Of a DNA stretch of 64,000 nucleotides, positions 54,673-63,768 are shown piece by piece. The stretch lies in IMG/VR virus record IMGVR_UViG_3300028393_000022; one strand, given 5' to 3'. The first letter of the stretch is position 1; each line of letters begins with the position of its first letter. The stretch comes from a virus. The notes under the pieces were generated by a model. It did not search any database and was not told the origin of the DNA. It was given only the letters and a program-made list of their open reading frames with translations. A program made the position numbers and the translations under genes.

Positions 54673-56433
54673 ATGGCAACTGTTGTAATAGCCTTAACCG
54701 CTGCCACTATTGGTAACACTGGTATCTGGTATGCTCCTGTGGATTGCAACGGCAGTATTACGGTGGAACTCATTGGCCCCGGGGGTCGCGGCGGCGGAGC
54801 CTATACTAAAAATACACTTGGTGCAGGTCCGGGCAAAAAATTCTATGTTAATTTTTTAGAAAATACCTGGATAAATACCACAAATGCTGTGCCCACAAAT
54901 GCCTTGCTTGGTGCCAAAGCTGCTGGCGCATCTACTAGCACTGGTGCCGGTGGCCTAGCAAGTGCCTGCATACCAAATATCTTAGGTGTAACATTTAGTG
55001 GCGGCAACGGTCCGACCCCAGACTTCGGGAACAACTCGCCCGCCTCTAGCTCTGGGCAAGGTTGTGGAGGCGCTGCCGGGCCAAGTGGCCCTGGCGGCAA
55101 TGGTGTAGCTTCACCGTCATTGGGGACACCCGGAGACGGCGGCAGTAGCAACGGTCATGCTGTTGGCTATAATGGCGGTACTGTTAGTTCCCCGTTGGGT
55201 AAAAAAGAAGTCATATATACAGATTTTGCAGGTAATGGATATGGACCAGCCAGCGGCGCCAATGGCGGCAACTACGTAACCAGCAAATCCGGCAACTATT
55301 ATGCTCTTCAGGGTTTTGGTACTGCCTCTGGCGGCGGCGGCTACAATCCTACGCCTAATAATGGACTCATTATTATTACCTACACTCCCACGCAAATTCC
55401 AGGTACATATACAGAGGTATTTGTTAATCCCGGAACGGCACCTTGGCGCACTCCGGCGGGTGTGATATCTATAAAAGCTGAAGCAATTGGTGGTGGCGGC
55501 AGTGGCATTGGCGGTGGCGGTTATGGCGGCGGCCCCAGCGGCGCAGGTGGTGGTGGTGGTGGCGCGTATGCGGCCACCACCGCAATAACAGTGTCAACTG
55601 GAACTATTGCGTATATTACAGTTGCTTCTAGTATGGTACCGGGGGTCGGCGGCGGTGGAGATTCTTGGTTTAATCTCTCAAACAGCCCACCAACTACATC
55701 AACAACAGGCGTCCTCGCCAGTGGCGCAAGAAGTGGCGCTAGCAATGCCGCTACCAATCAGGGGACTGCTGCTAACAGCATCGGTGATACAAAATTTAGC
55801 GGCGGCAGCGGCGGCGTTAACGTTAGGCCAGATGTATACCCTAGTTCGGCAGGGGGCGGCGGCAGTGGTGGACCCGGCGGTGCAGGCGGCCGAGGCGGTA
55901 ACGACTTTGGCTCATACGGCGATTTTTCAGGCGGTGGAGGTGGTGGCGGCGCGGGTGGAGCAGCTGGTAACACTGACGGAGCTTCTGCATCCGGCTTTGG
56001 CTTTGGCAGCACTGCTGCTACCGGTGGCGCAGGAGGTAAAGGATCGGCGGCTGGAACAGCAGCCGCCGGAGGAACCCTAACTTCACCAGCCGCACCTGGT
56101 AGTGCTGGAGGCGGCGGCGGAGGAGGAGGCTCAAATTATACAACCGGAGCTTCGGGTAGTGTATATCCGTATTGGACTAATCCGATAGGCGAAATCTTTG
56201 GCCCAAGCGGCGGCGGTGGCGGCTCTGGCAGGACCTATTCAACTACTCGAACAATTCCAGGAGCAGGCGGAACATACGGCGGAGGCGGCGGCGGTGGCGG
56301 CGCAACAGGTAGCGGATCTACGTATAACACTACTCCCGGCGCCAGCGGCGGACAAGGCTTGGTTGTACTTACATACACTGTGTCATCTGATGGTGCCGCT
56401 GCTTCCAATAACATCTTTATGATGTTCTTTTAA
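54673..56433 (+). CDS. Glycine-rich virion/fibre-tip protein
   Basis: Two modules of the W..P.G...I..E.IGGGG...G..G.V.ITY type, long poly-Gly tracts, visibly higher GC than flanks; TATAAATA at 54612-19. Confidence 0.65.
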   Translation: MATVVIALTAATIGNTGIWYAPVDCNGSITVELIGPGGRGGGAYTKNTLGAGPGKKFYVNFLENTWINTTNAVPTNALLGAKAAGASTSTGAGGLASACIPNILGVTFSGGNGPTPDFGNNSPASSSGQGCGGAAGPSGPGGNGVASPSLGTPGDGGSSNGHAVGYNGGTVSSPLGKKEVIYTDFAGNGYGPASGANGGNYVTSKSGNYYALQGFGTASGGGGYNPTPNNGLIIITYTPTQIPGTYTEVFVNPGTAPWRTPAGVISIKAEAIGGGGSGIGGGGYGGGPSGAGGGGGGAYAATTAITVSTGTIAYITVASSMVPGVGGGGDSWFNLSNSPPTTSTTGVLASGARSGASNAATNQGTAANSIGDTKFSGGSGGVNVRPDVYPSSAGGGGSGGPGGAGGRGGNDFGSYGDFSGGGGGGGAGGAAGNTDGASASGFGFGSTAATGGAGGKGSAAGTAAAGGTLTSPAAPGSAGGGGGGGGSNYTTGASGSVYPYWTNPIGEIFGPSGGGGGSGRTYSTTRTIPGAGGTYGGGGGGGGATGSGSTYNTTPGASGGQGLVVLTYTVSSDGAAASNNIFMMFF

Positions 56434-56505
56434 AACTCATTCATGCTTAATATTACAAAGAAATTACCGATAAATAGAACTATATTGTAAAATAGGATAA
56501 TATAA

Positions 56506-59400
56506 ATGAGTTTTCCACTATCCCCGTCAAATAATCAAACTGCCGTATTGAATGGACAAACATACATCTATAGCAGTTCTAACTTGTCGTGGACTCGTAT
56601 TGTTCAATATGTTACAGCCACTACTAGTTTGTTAGTAACTGGAAATACTCAGGCAACTGCAACTAATACAGGTGCTCTACAGGTCATTGGTGGCACAGGC
56701 ATCGGCGGCAATTTATGGGTTGGCGGAACAATTTACGGGTCAATAGCAGGCCCAGTCTTGGGAACTATTACATCGGCTACAAATATCAGTGGTGGTACCG
56801 CCGGGCAATTACTTTATCAATCGGCCACAAATATTACAGCATTTGTCAGCACAGGTACTTTGGGCAACGTTTTGGTTAGTAACGGAACAAATGCTCCTAC
56901 ATATAATAACACACTGACATTGACTGGTACAACTGCATCTGTATCAACTAACACAGGTGCGTTACAAGTAGTAGGTGGTGTTGGTGTAGGAGGCGATTTA
57001 TATCTAAGTGGAACCATTACTCAAGTTGGCGGTACGCACGCTACTTTAGCAACTACTTATAATTTAATTAATACAACTGCAACCACTGTTAACTTTGCTG
57101 GTGCGGCCACTACAATTATTATGGGTGCTAGTAACAACGGCACTACTACTGTAAGAAACAATTTAGTTGTATCGGGCAACTTGACTATCCAAGGTACCAC
57201 GACTATCGTTGATAGTACAGTTACCAATATCGCAGATCCTATTATTACGCTAGGTGGTGGTGCTGGTAATGCTGCACCCACTGCGGACGATAACAAAGAT
57301 CGTGGTGTTGCATTTAAATGGGTCAACAATAGTGGTTCTACTAGTACAGGTTTCTTTGGTTATAAAGATACTACTGGTTATTTTACCTATATTACCACGG
57401 CCACAATCACAGGTGAGGTAGTCAGCGGAACCAAAGGGGCAATGGATGTAAACCTAGCAGGCGGAACAGCTATGTCTATTGTTTACCAAAGCTCACCAGA
57501 TAACACAGCTTTCTTAGCAGCTAGCACCAGCGGATATATATTACAAACTAACGGAACCGGTAGTCCGCCTACTTGGGTATCAGCTAGTGGTGTCAGTGCA
57601 GGTAGTGCAACCTATGCTGACAACGTTAGAACAGTTCAACAAACAGGTAATGCAAGTTATTATCCAACTTTTGTAAGTGCTAACAATGCTAGTAACGCAT
57701 ATATGCCAGTGTATACTACTGCTAGTTTTGTTATTAATCCGATGACCGGCAACGTGGGTATTAGTACTACTACTCCAAATTCTAGACTAGATATTAGATT
57801 TGCAGCCTTAACAACATCAACTCAACTTAATCACATTTTATTGCAGTCTCTTGCAGACGGTGCCAGTAATGCTCTTGGTGCTCGTACTGGTATTACTTTT
57901 AATAATAGAACAGTTGATTATACTAGTTCTGGAGGATTAAGTACATCTGGTATATACGGTATCAATGCCGATCCTGCTACTTATGTTTACGGCAGAGCAA
58001 TGGGGCTGGTGTTTTATACTTCAGCAATGGATGCAGCCGCCACAGAAAAGTTACGCATTACCAGCAACGGCGGCGTGAGTTTTGGAACTAGCGGTACTGC
58101 ATACGGCACAGCTGGGCAAATACTACAAAGCAATGGCGATGCCGCACCAACTTGGGTTCCAGTAAGCAGTGCAACAGTAGGTACAAGTACTCAAGTACAA
58201 ACGGTGGCAACAATTACCAATGCCAGTCATTATCTAACATTTGTTGATAGTAATAATGCTAGTGCTACTGCCGAAACAGTCTATACTACTAGCAGTTTTG
58301 TAGTTAATCCATCAACAAGATTTGTTGGTATTGGCACATCTGTACCTAGTAGTAAATTCCATGTATTAGGTGCAGGAACAACATCTTTACCTTCTAAACG
58401 TGGTGGTGGATTTACATCAGTATACATAGAAAACAACACAGCCGCAACAGATGCATATTTAGAAATAGCTAACACAGCAACTAACAGCATGGGATTGTTG
58501 TTTAGTAAAGGCTCTGCATCTGGACCTTATGGGTTAATTAACTATAATAACAGTACTGATGTAATGTCATTATATACGTCTGCTACAATTGCTATGTATA
58601 TAGACGGTAGTCAAAATATATTAATAGGTACTGCTTCACAGTTAAACACTGGTTTTACTAACAGATTAAACGTTAGCGGAAGTATTGTAGCTGGAAATGC
58701 TTCCAGTACCAACGGTTCTATTTTAATGCAGGGACAATACGGAACTGGGGCAATCACTGTATTAGGCACAGAATATAGTAGTGGCGGACCAGTATTAAGT
58801 TACGGAGTATACCCAAGCACTGCGGGCACAGGAGCATTTTTTAGCTCATCAGGATTAGCATTAACTAGAGCCGCATACACACAAGCTGGAAACTCGCACC
58901 AATGGTATGTAGGTGCTAGTCAAACTGTTGCAATAGGCAGTGCTGTCACAATGACTAATCCAATGATATTAAATGCTAGTGGGTTACAGGCCGTTAGCTT
59001 AGGAATTGGTACAGCACCGAGTGGTACGACTGGTGAAATACGTGCTACTAACGAAATCACAGCCTACTACAGTTCAGACCGTAGACTTAAAGAAAATATC
59101 CATGTTATCAGCAATCCTATAAGTATAGTAGAACAGATTAGGGGTGTTAGATTTGACTGGACTGATGAGCACATGCAAAGCCGTGGCGGTGAGGACGGCT
59201 ATTTTGTACGTAAACACGATATCGGAGTTATAGCACAAGAAGTTGAAGCAGTATTACCAGAAATTGTTGCCACAAGAGAAGATGGAACCAAAGTGGTTAA
59301 ATATGAGAAGCTTGTAGCCTTGTTAATTGAAGCTGTTAAAGATCAGCAACAACAAATTAATCAGATCTCGCAGGCCCTACAAAACCTAGCCAATAAATAG
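56506..59400 (+). CDS. Tail fibre with C-terminal intramolecular chaperone (peptidase S74)
   Basis: AYYSSDRRLKENI autocleavage motif, GVRFDW, GVIAQEVEAVLPEIV, VKYEKLVALLIEAVK; TAAATA at 56471. Confidence 0.88.
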   Translation: MSFPLSPSNNQTAVLNGQTYIYSSSNLSWTRIVQYVTATTSLLVTGNTQATATNTGALQVIGGTGIGGNLWVGGTIYGSIAGPVLGTITSATNISGGTAGQLLYQSATNITAFVSTGTLGNVLVSNGTNAPTYNNTLTLTGTTASVSTNTGALQVVGGVGVGGDLYLSGTITQVGGTHATLATTYNLINTTATTVNFAGAATTIIMGASNNGTTTVRNNLVVSGNLTIQGTTTIVDSTVTNIADPIITLGGGAGNAAPTADDNKDRGVAFKWVNNSGSTSTGFFGYKDTTGYFTYITTATITGEVVSGTKGAMDVNLAGGTAMSIVYQSSPDNTAFLAASTSGYILQTNGTGSPPTWVSASGVSAGSATYADNVRTVQQTGNASYYPTFVSANNASNAYMPVYTTASFVINPMTGNVGISTTTPNSRLDIRFAALTTSTQLNHILLQSLADGASNALGARTGITFNNRTVDYTSSGGLSTSGIYGINADPATYVYGRAMGLVFYTSAMDAAATEKLRITSNGGVSFGTSGTAYGTAGQILQSNGDAAPTWVPVSSATVGTSTQVQTVATITNASHYLTFVDSNNASATAETVYTTSSFVVNPSTRFVGIGTSVPSSKFHVLGAGTTSLPSKRGGGFTSVYIENNTAATDAYLEIANTATNSMGLLFSKGSASGPYGLINYNNSTDVMSLYTSATIAMYIDGSQNILIGTASQLNTGFTNRLNVSGSIVAGNASSTNGSILMQGQYGTGAITVLGTEYSSGGPVLSYGVYPSTAGTGAFFSSSGLALTRAAYTQAGNSHQWYVGASQTVAIGSAVTMTNPMILNASGLQAVSLGIGTAPSGTTGEIRATNEITAYYSSDRRLKENIHVISNPISIVEQIRGVRFDWTDEHMQSRGGEDGYFVRKHDIGVIAQEVEAVLPEIVATREDGTKVVKYEKLVALLIEAVKDQQQQINQISQALQNLANK

Positions 59401-59420
59401 GAGGCCGCTAGAGAAAACTT

Positions 59421-59645
59421 ATGGCAACATTACCCGCAACAGGATCGCAGATATCATTTGGACAAGTTAACCGAGTCTTTACTAACCAAACTCCGGGTGC
59501 GGCTGGTAACGCTCCGGCCGGTGGTCAAAACATTAAACTAAGTGCAGTATTGGGTAATAATGCCACTTACGGTATTGGACAGACAGCTGGTACGCAAATT
59601 AAATTCTCAGCAACATTCGGCGGCAAAACCGGACCTTACGCATAA
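59421..59645 (+). CDS. Small fibre-associated protein
   Basis: 74 aa, MATLPATGSQISFGQVN; TAAATA at 59394-99 and GGAGG upstream. Confidence 0.6.
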   Translation: MATLPATGSQISFGQVNRVFTNQTPGAAGNAPAGGQNIKLSAVLGNNATYGIGQTAGTQIKFSATFGGKTGPYA

Positions 59646-59646
59646 C

Positions 59647-60114
59647 ATGAAAACTGAACAAATAACAGACCTATTATCAAAAATCAACACAAGCCCTAGC
59701 AAATGGGAATTAGACACTGTTGTATATTATGACAGAACGACTAATCCCGCTACACTTGCAGCATTCTTAACAAGAATACAAACACTCCAATCAATTGAGG
59801 GCACTGTCAGTGAACAGCAGGAACTAGTGCATCTTTTAGAATTATTGGAAGAACTTGATGAGGAAGAATGTTTTGAACTTATTGAACGACCTGATGAAGA
59901 CTCTAAAAATCAATTTATTGAAGATTTGGCCAGAACCAGTGCTATTGAAATCCTAACTGGCGGAAAAATAAACTTCGAAACAATGAATACCGCTTGCAAA
60001 TTGTCACCTAATGACTTTATACTATGTGCTAAACGTACCCAAGATTTAATCAATGCCGTGCAGGGATTGGTTGTTAAAGGTGAAACACTTAGTATGGATG
60101 TCGCAGGCACATGA
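59647..60114 (+). CDS. Hypothetical protein
   Basis: Start moved to ATG 59647, 1 nt after the previous stop; 155-aa acidic helical protein coupled to the downstream gene. Confidence 0.6.
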   Translation: MKTEQITDLLSKINTSPSKWELDTVVYYDRTTNPATLAAFLTRIQTLQSIEGTVSEQQELVHLLELLEELDEEECFELIERPDEDSKNQFIEDLARTSAIEILTGGKINFETMNTACKLSPNDFILCAKRTQDLINAVQGLVVKGETLSMDVAGT

Positions 60115-60767
60115 AAAAACAATCAGTATTTGCATCAAGCAGCTGGTCGAGTAAAAAAGGTAAATTAGCAGTTCTTATTCCTTGCAGGGATACTCTGCAT
60201 TCTGCCCATGCGCTTGCACTGGCCGAGCTGGTTAAATTTAATACAATGAACGACATCGACACTCATGTGTTTATGGATGCCAGCACAGTATTACTCACCC
60301 AACGAGAAAGACTTGCTACCTCAGCAGTTGAACTAGGTGCAGACTATGCGCTATGGTTAGACAGCGATATGGTGTTTCCCGCAACCACCGCAGTTAGATT
60401 GCTAAAACATAATGAACCTGTTGTTGCTGCAAACTATGTTCGCAGACAGAAACCCTACAAAGGGGTTGCCTATGAAACTATAGGTGATTGGGAAAATCCG
60501 TTGGCCTTTGATGTGCAAGATGACCTAGTACCTATTGAAGGTATCGGTATGGGGTGCATATTAACCAAAGTCAGTATCTTTGAAGAACTTAGCAAGCCTT
60601 GGTTTGATTTCCAGTGGAGCCCAGAATCTAATGACTTCTTGGGTGAAGATATGTATCTATGCCAAAAAATCAATGCCGCAGGATATACTATTAAAGTTGA
60701 TACAGCATTGAGTCAAGAGTTGCATCATCTTGGAACTTATGCATTTAATCCCAGTTTGTTAGATTAA
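60111..60767 (+). CDS. GT-A fold (GT2-like) glycosyltransferase
   Basis: LAVLIPCRD, ADYALWLDSDMVFP (DxD), GIGMGCILTK, GEDMYLC...AG..I.VD, HLG. Confidence 0.8.
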   Translation: MKKQSVFASSSWSSKKGKLAVLIPCRDTLHSAHALALAELVKFNTMNDIDTHVFMDASTVLLTQRERLATSAVELGADYALWLDSDMVFPATTAVRLLKHNEPVVAANYVRRQKPYKGVAYETIGDWENPLAFDVQDDLVPIEGIGMGCILTKVSIFEELSKPWFDFQWSPESNDFLGEDMYLCQKINAAGYTIKVDTALSQELHHLGTYAFNPSLLD

Positions 60768-61199
60768 ATCTAGCAACAGCTCAATTTTAGCTTTAATAAT
60801 TTTATTTGAGAACGAGTTCTTAACACCCCGATGTAAGGGCTTGGGAAAGTTATCGTAATCACACCAAGCATAACCGGCATGTTCCTCATTTAGTGTAGGG
60901 ATAAATTCTCGATCAACTAACAGCACATAGGTGTTATATTGAAAGTGTTGATCGTTGCTGACAAATAATTCGAGAGGAATAGTTTTTCTTATTGTAGGAA
61001 TCTTGCCTACTTCTTCTTGTATTTCTCTAGTTAATGCATCATATGCAGTAATGTCAGTGGGCTCTTTGCGACCGCCTACTAATCCCCAAGATCCCGCAGT
61101 TTTACCCTGGGTTCTTAGCAAAAACAAGAACCTTTTGGTGTCTTTTGCAAGGAAAATACCACCGCTGCAAATGATTTGATTTAGAGAATTAGACGCCAT
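60759..61199 (-). CDS. Nudix hydrolase
   Basis: WGLVGGRKEPTDITAYDALTREIQEEVG Nudix box; LNEEHAGYAW. Confidence 0.9.
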   Translation of the reverse strand: MASNSLNQIICSGGIFLAKDTKRFLFLLRTQGKTAGSWGLVGGRKEPTDITAYDALTREIQEEVGKIPTIRKTIPLELFVSNDQHFQYNTYVLLVDREFIPTLNEEHAGYAWCDYDNFPKPLHRGVKNSFSNKIIKAKIELLLDLI

Positions 61200-62545
61200 A
61201 ACCTTGCATCATAGATGCCTTCATAACTTTTACTCCAGGAACCGTCGCTCCATTTGTATTGAGTACCTGTATATGAATTAGTTATGTAATTAACATCTGT
61301 AGCTACAGTGGAATTGAATACAATATCCCACTGTGTTCCTGACCATTCGATAATATCGTTGGCATTGGCACTAAATCCATCACCGTTCTGTTGTTGCCAT
61401 GCAATAGGTCCATCTTCGGTAGTGCTGTGAATATCTTCTAAAATTAAGTAGCGTGTGCCTATTACTATATTTTTAGGATTATATGTTTCAGGATTAATTA
61501 CAGCATCAACTGTTCCTCTACCTGCAATGACTGTATTTCCCGGAACAGTGTCGGGGTCAATGTTCAACGCCATTGAAAATTCATCGCTAGGGTTTAAACT
61601 AATATAGGCAATGATGTCATTACCTGCAGGTTGAGTAAATCTTAATTGGCTCAATCCTGCCCTGAATTTTCCAGGATGTAAATCTAACAATCTAGTCCAT
61701 GCTGTGCTATTTGTTCCGTTGGTGTCATGTTGAGAATTAATTAATCTTGCCGTATTATTTAGGACAAGCAAATCATAATTACCTGGTGTAATTGTAATAG
61801 TAGCATCCGGACTGATGTTTTCAAACATTTCAGCAGTACCTACGGTGCTATATTCTGATTGAATTGTTCCTTGGGCACCACTGGCAAATATATTAGAAAT
61901 GATTTTAGTAATGATTCCTAATTTCTTAACCTTTGCTGGCGGTGTAATCCATACAGGTGTGTTAAATGTCATTGAACAAATATCAATATCTTCAGTTACA
62001 CCTTGTGGAACTGTTCGACTACTCCATGTGACATTGTCTAATGTGACAACAGACAAACTGGTCCAATCGATATAGTTGTCAGTTGTTTGTATTTCAAAAC
62101 TAGGATTGAAAAATATTACCAATTGCTCAATAATTTGCAATTTCATTTCTGTATTTGTTGTCCATATGTCACAGGCAAATGCCAGTTTAAACGGGCTAGG
62201 CATAATTCTTTCAATGGTATAATTATTACCTTGTGTGTTTAAGTATTGATTATTAACTTCATCAAAGTCACGTTCTCTTACATTTACCTTGCTGACAAAT
62301 GTAGGGTCCTGCAATCTAGTTAAGTCATATTGAAAATCTTTAATATAGCAGGAAATAAACGGAGCACTGGGAATAGCGTTTTCACTATTCTTTTTAAGTA
62401 TCTGACTGACTTGTCTGCTCATGTCTCCATAGCGAACTGGTACACGTACTAACTGACCTTTAGCATCTTTATAGGCAAAGTTGCTCATGATTTGCATGAA
62501 TTGTGTTAGGTACTTCCTAATTTGCGAATCGTAAAAATAATCCAT
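61181..62545 (-). CDS. gp15: Tail completion/sheath stabiliser, gp15-like, with C-terminal extension
   Basis: YFYDSQIRKYLTQF, VPVRYG, MPSPFKL...IW, QIIEQLVIFFNPSF. Confidence 0.8.
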   Translation of the reverse strand: MDYFYDSQIRKYLTQFMQIMSNFAYKDAKGQLVRVPVRYGDMSRQVSQILKKNSENAIPSAPFISCYIKDFQYDLTRLQDPTFVSKVNVRERDFDEVNNQYLNTQGNNYTIERIMPSPFKLAFACDIWTTNTEMKLQIIEQLVIFFNPSFEIQTTDNYIDWTSLSVVTLDNVTWSSRTVPQGVTEDIDICSMTFNTPVWITPPAKVKKLGIITKIISNIFASGAQGTIQSEYSTVGTAEMFENISPDATITITPGNYDLLVLNNTARLINSQHDTNGTNSTAWTRLLDLHPGKFRAGLSQLRFTQPAGNDIIAYISLNPSDEFSMALNIDPDTVPGNTVIAGRGTVDAVINPETYNPKNIVIGTRYLILEDIHSTTEDGPIAWQQQNGDGFSANANDIIEWSGTQWDIVFNSTVATDVNYITNSYTGTQYKWSDGSWSKSYEGIYDARLWRLIL

Positions 62546-62546
62546 T

Positions 62547-63740
62547 TTAGTTGTCTGCCTTTGCTTTCAATACTTGACTTAATGCCTGACGTTCTTGAAT
62601 AACTTGTCCAGCAATTGTTGCAGTATTTGTATTATTAACAAAACTTGCTTTTTGTGTTCTTCTAACTTTAGTAGGATCAGTAGTTTGACCATCACCTAAT
62701 GTATTAGTGGTCATTCTAACATTGTCTTCATATTTTATCCAATGTTTTCCGTCGTGTCTAAACAATCTATTAGGCAAATAATCTGTTCTAAGATAAAATT
62801 GACCTTTGGTAGGATTTGACGGAAAACTTATTCCATGACCAAACGGAGCACCATTGGGTGGCATACCGTCGCCTGTTAAGTAGCCCACATACAGATCCCT
62901 GTCCGGACTCCTTAACACGATACTGGCATCTAGTGAATGATCTGTAATGCTAACATCATCGTTAGTTGAACTAACATCTGCAACATCAACACTTCCATCT
63001 TCTCTAGTAGGTATAACAAAAAACTGATTAGTTGTATATCCACTCTTACCCACATCTTCTTGTGCTTGGGCAATGATTTGATCATTGATTTCAATACTCT
63101 TTTTGTATGTTGACATTAGATCACGTAGGGTACTACCGTCTCCTGCACCGCTATCTTGGTCGAGTATCTCTTTAAATTCTTGTGTATCGACTAGTGGAGC
63201 ACATTTGGCCCTAACCAAATGTGGATACCATGTGACACTATATCCGCTTGCTGGACGACTAACTTCACTTACTACATAAAATCTTTTTAATGCTACTAGT
63301 GCATCGTCTAGCGCATATTCATCTTTCTGATGAGGCAATTCAATTACATCACCTGCCATGATTTTTCGTCCCAGTGCATCCACAGAACCACGTAAGTGGA
63401 AGTTGATCATAATATTGTCGTTCTGTAAAAACAATCCAAATTGACTTAAATTAAAATCAATATCTTGTAAAGTATAGATACCACGAATAGTATAGACATC
63501 GGGCTCATAATGACGATCTCTGTTCTCCATGAACAAGACATCCTGTATTCCCAACTCGCCTTTTTCACTTACATTGGCAGGTTTGGTAGGGCTACTCTCA
63601 CCCTCTAATGGATCTACTGCTCCCAGGTACTTGTGCAGATAGACATCTGTTCCGCCTACTTGGAATTGTTCAAAGATTGCACGATCTATAAATCTAAAAT
63701 CGGCACCTTTTTCTGGTTTGTATAATGAGAGTTTCGGCAT
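62547..63740 (-). CDS. gp14: Neck/head-closure protein gp14-like with C-terminal extension
   Basis: GGTDVYLHKY, LFMENRDRHY, LSQFGLFL, GDVIELPH, FYVVSEV. Confidence 0.8.
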   Translation of the reverse strand: MPKLSLYKPEKGADFRFIDRAIFEQFQVGGTDVYLHKYLGAVDPLEGESSPTKPANVSEKGELGIQDVLFMENRDRHYEPDVYTIRGIYTLQDIDFNLSQFGLFLQNDNIMINFHLRGSVDALGRKIMAGDVIELPHQKDEYALDDALVALKRFYVVSEVSRPASGYSVTWYPHLVRAKCAPLVDTQEFKEILDQDSGAGDGSTLRDLMSTYKKSIEINDQIIAQAQEDVGKSGYTTNQFFVIPTREDGSVDVADVSSTNDDVSITDHSLDASIVLRSPDRDLYVGYLTGDGMPPNGAPFGHGISFPSNPTKGQFYLRTDYLPNRLFRHDGKHWIKYEDNVRMTTNTLGDGQTTDPTKVRRTQKASFVNNTNTATIAGQVIQERQALSQVLKAKADN

Positions 63741-63747
63741 AGTATTC

Positions 63748-63763
63748 TATTTATCGCTAAATA
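63748..63763. promoter_or_regulatory. Back-to-back late promoters for gp14 (-) and gp13 (+)
   Basis: TATTTA (63748-53) and TAAATA (63758-63) in a 28-nt gap, 7 and 5 nt from the respective ATGs. Confidence 0.7.
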
Positions 63764-63768
63764 TTGAT

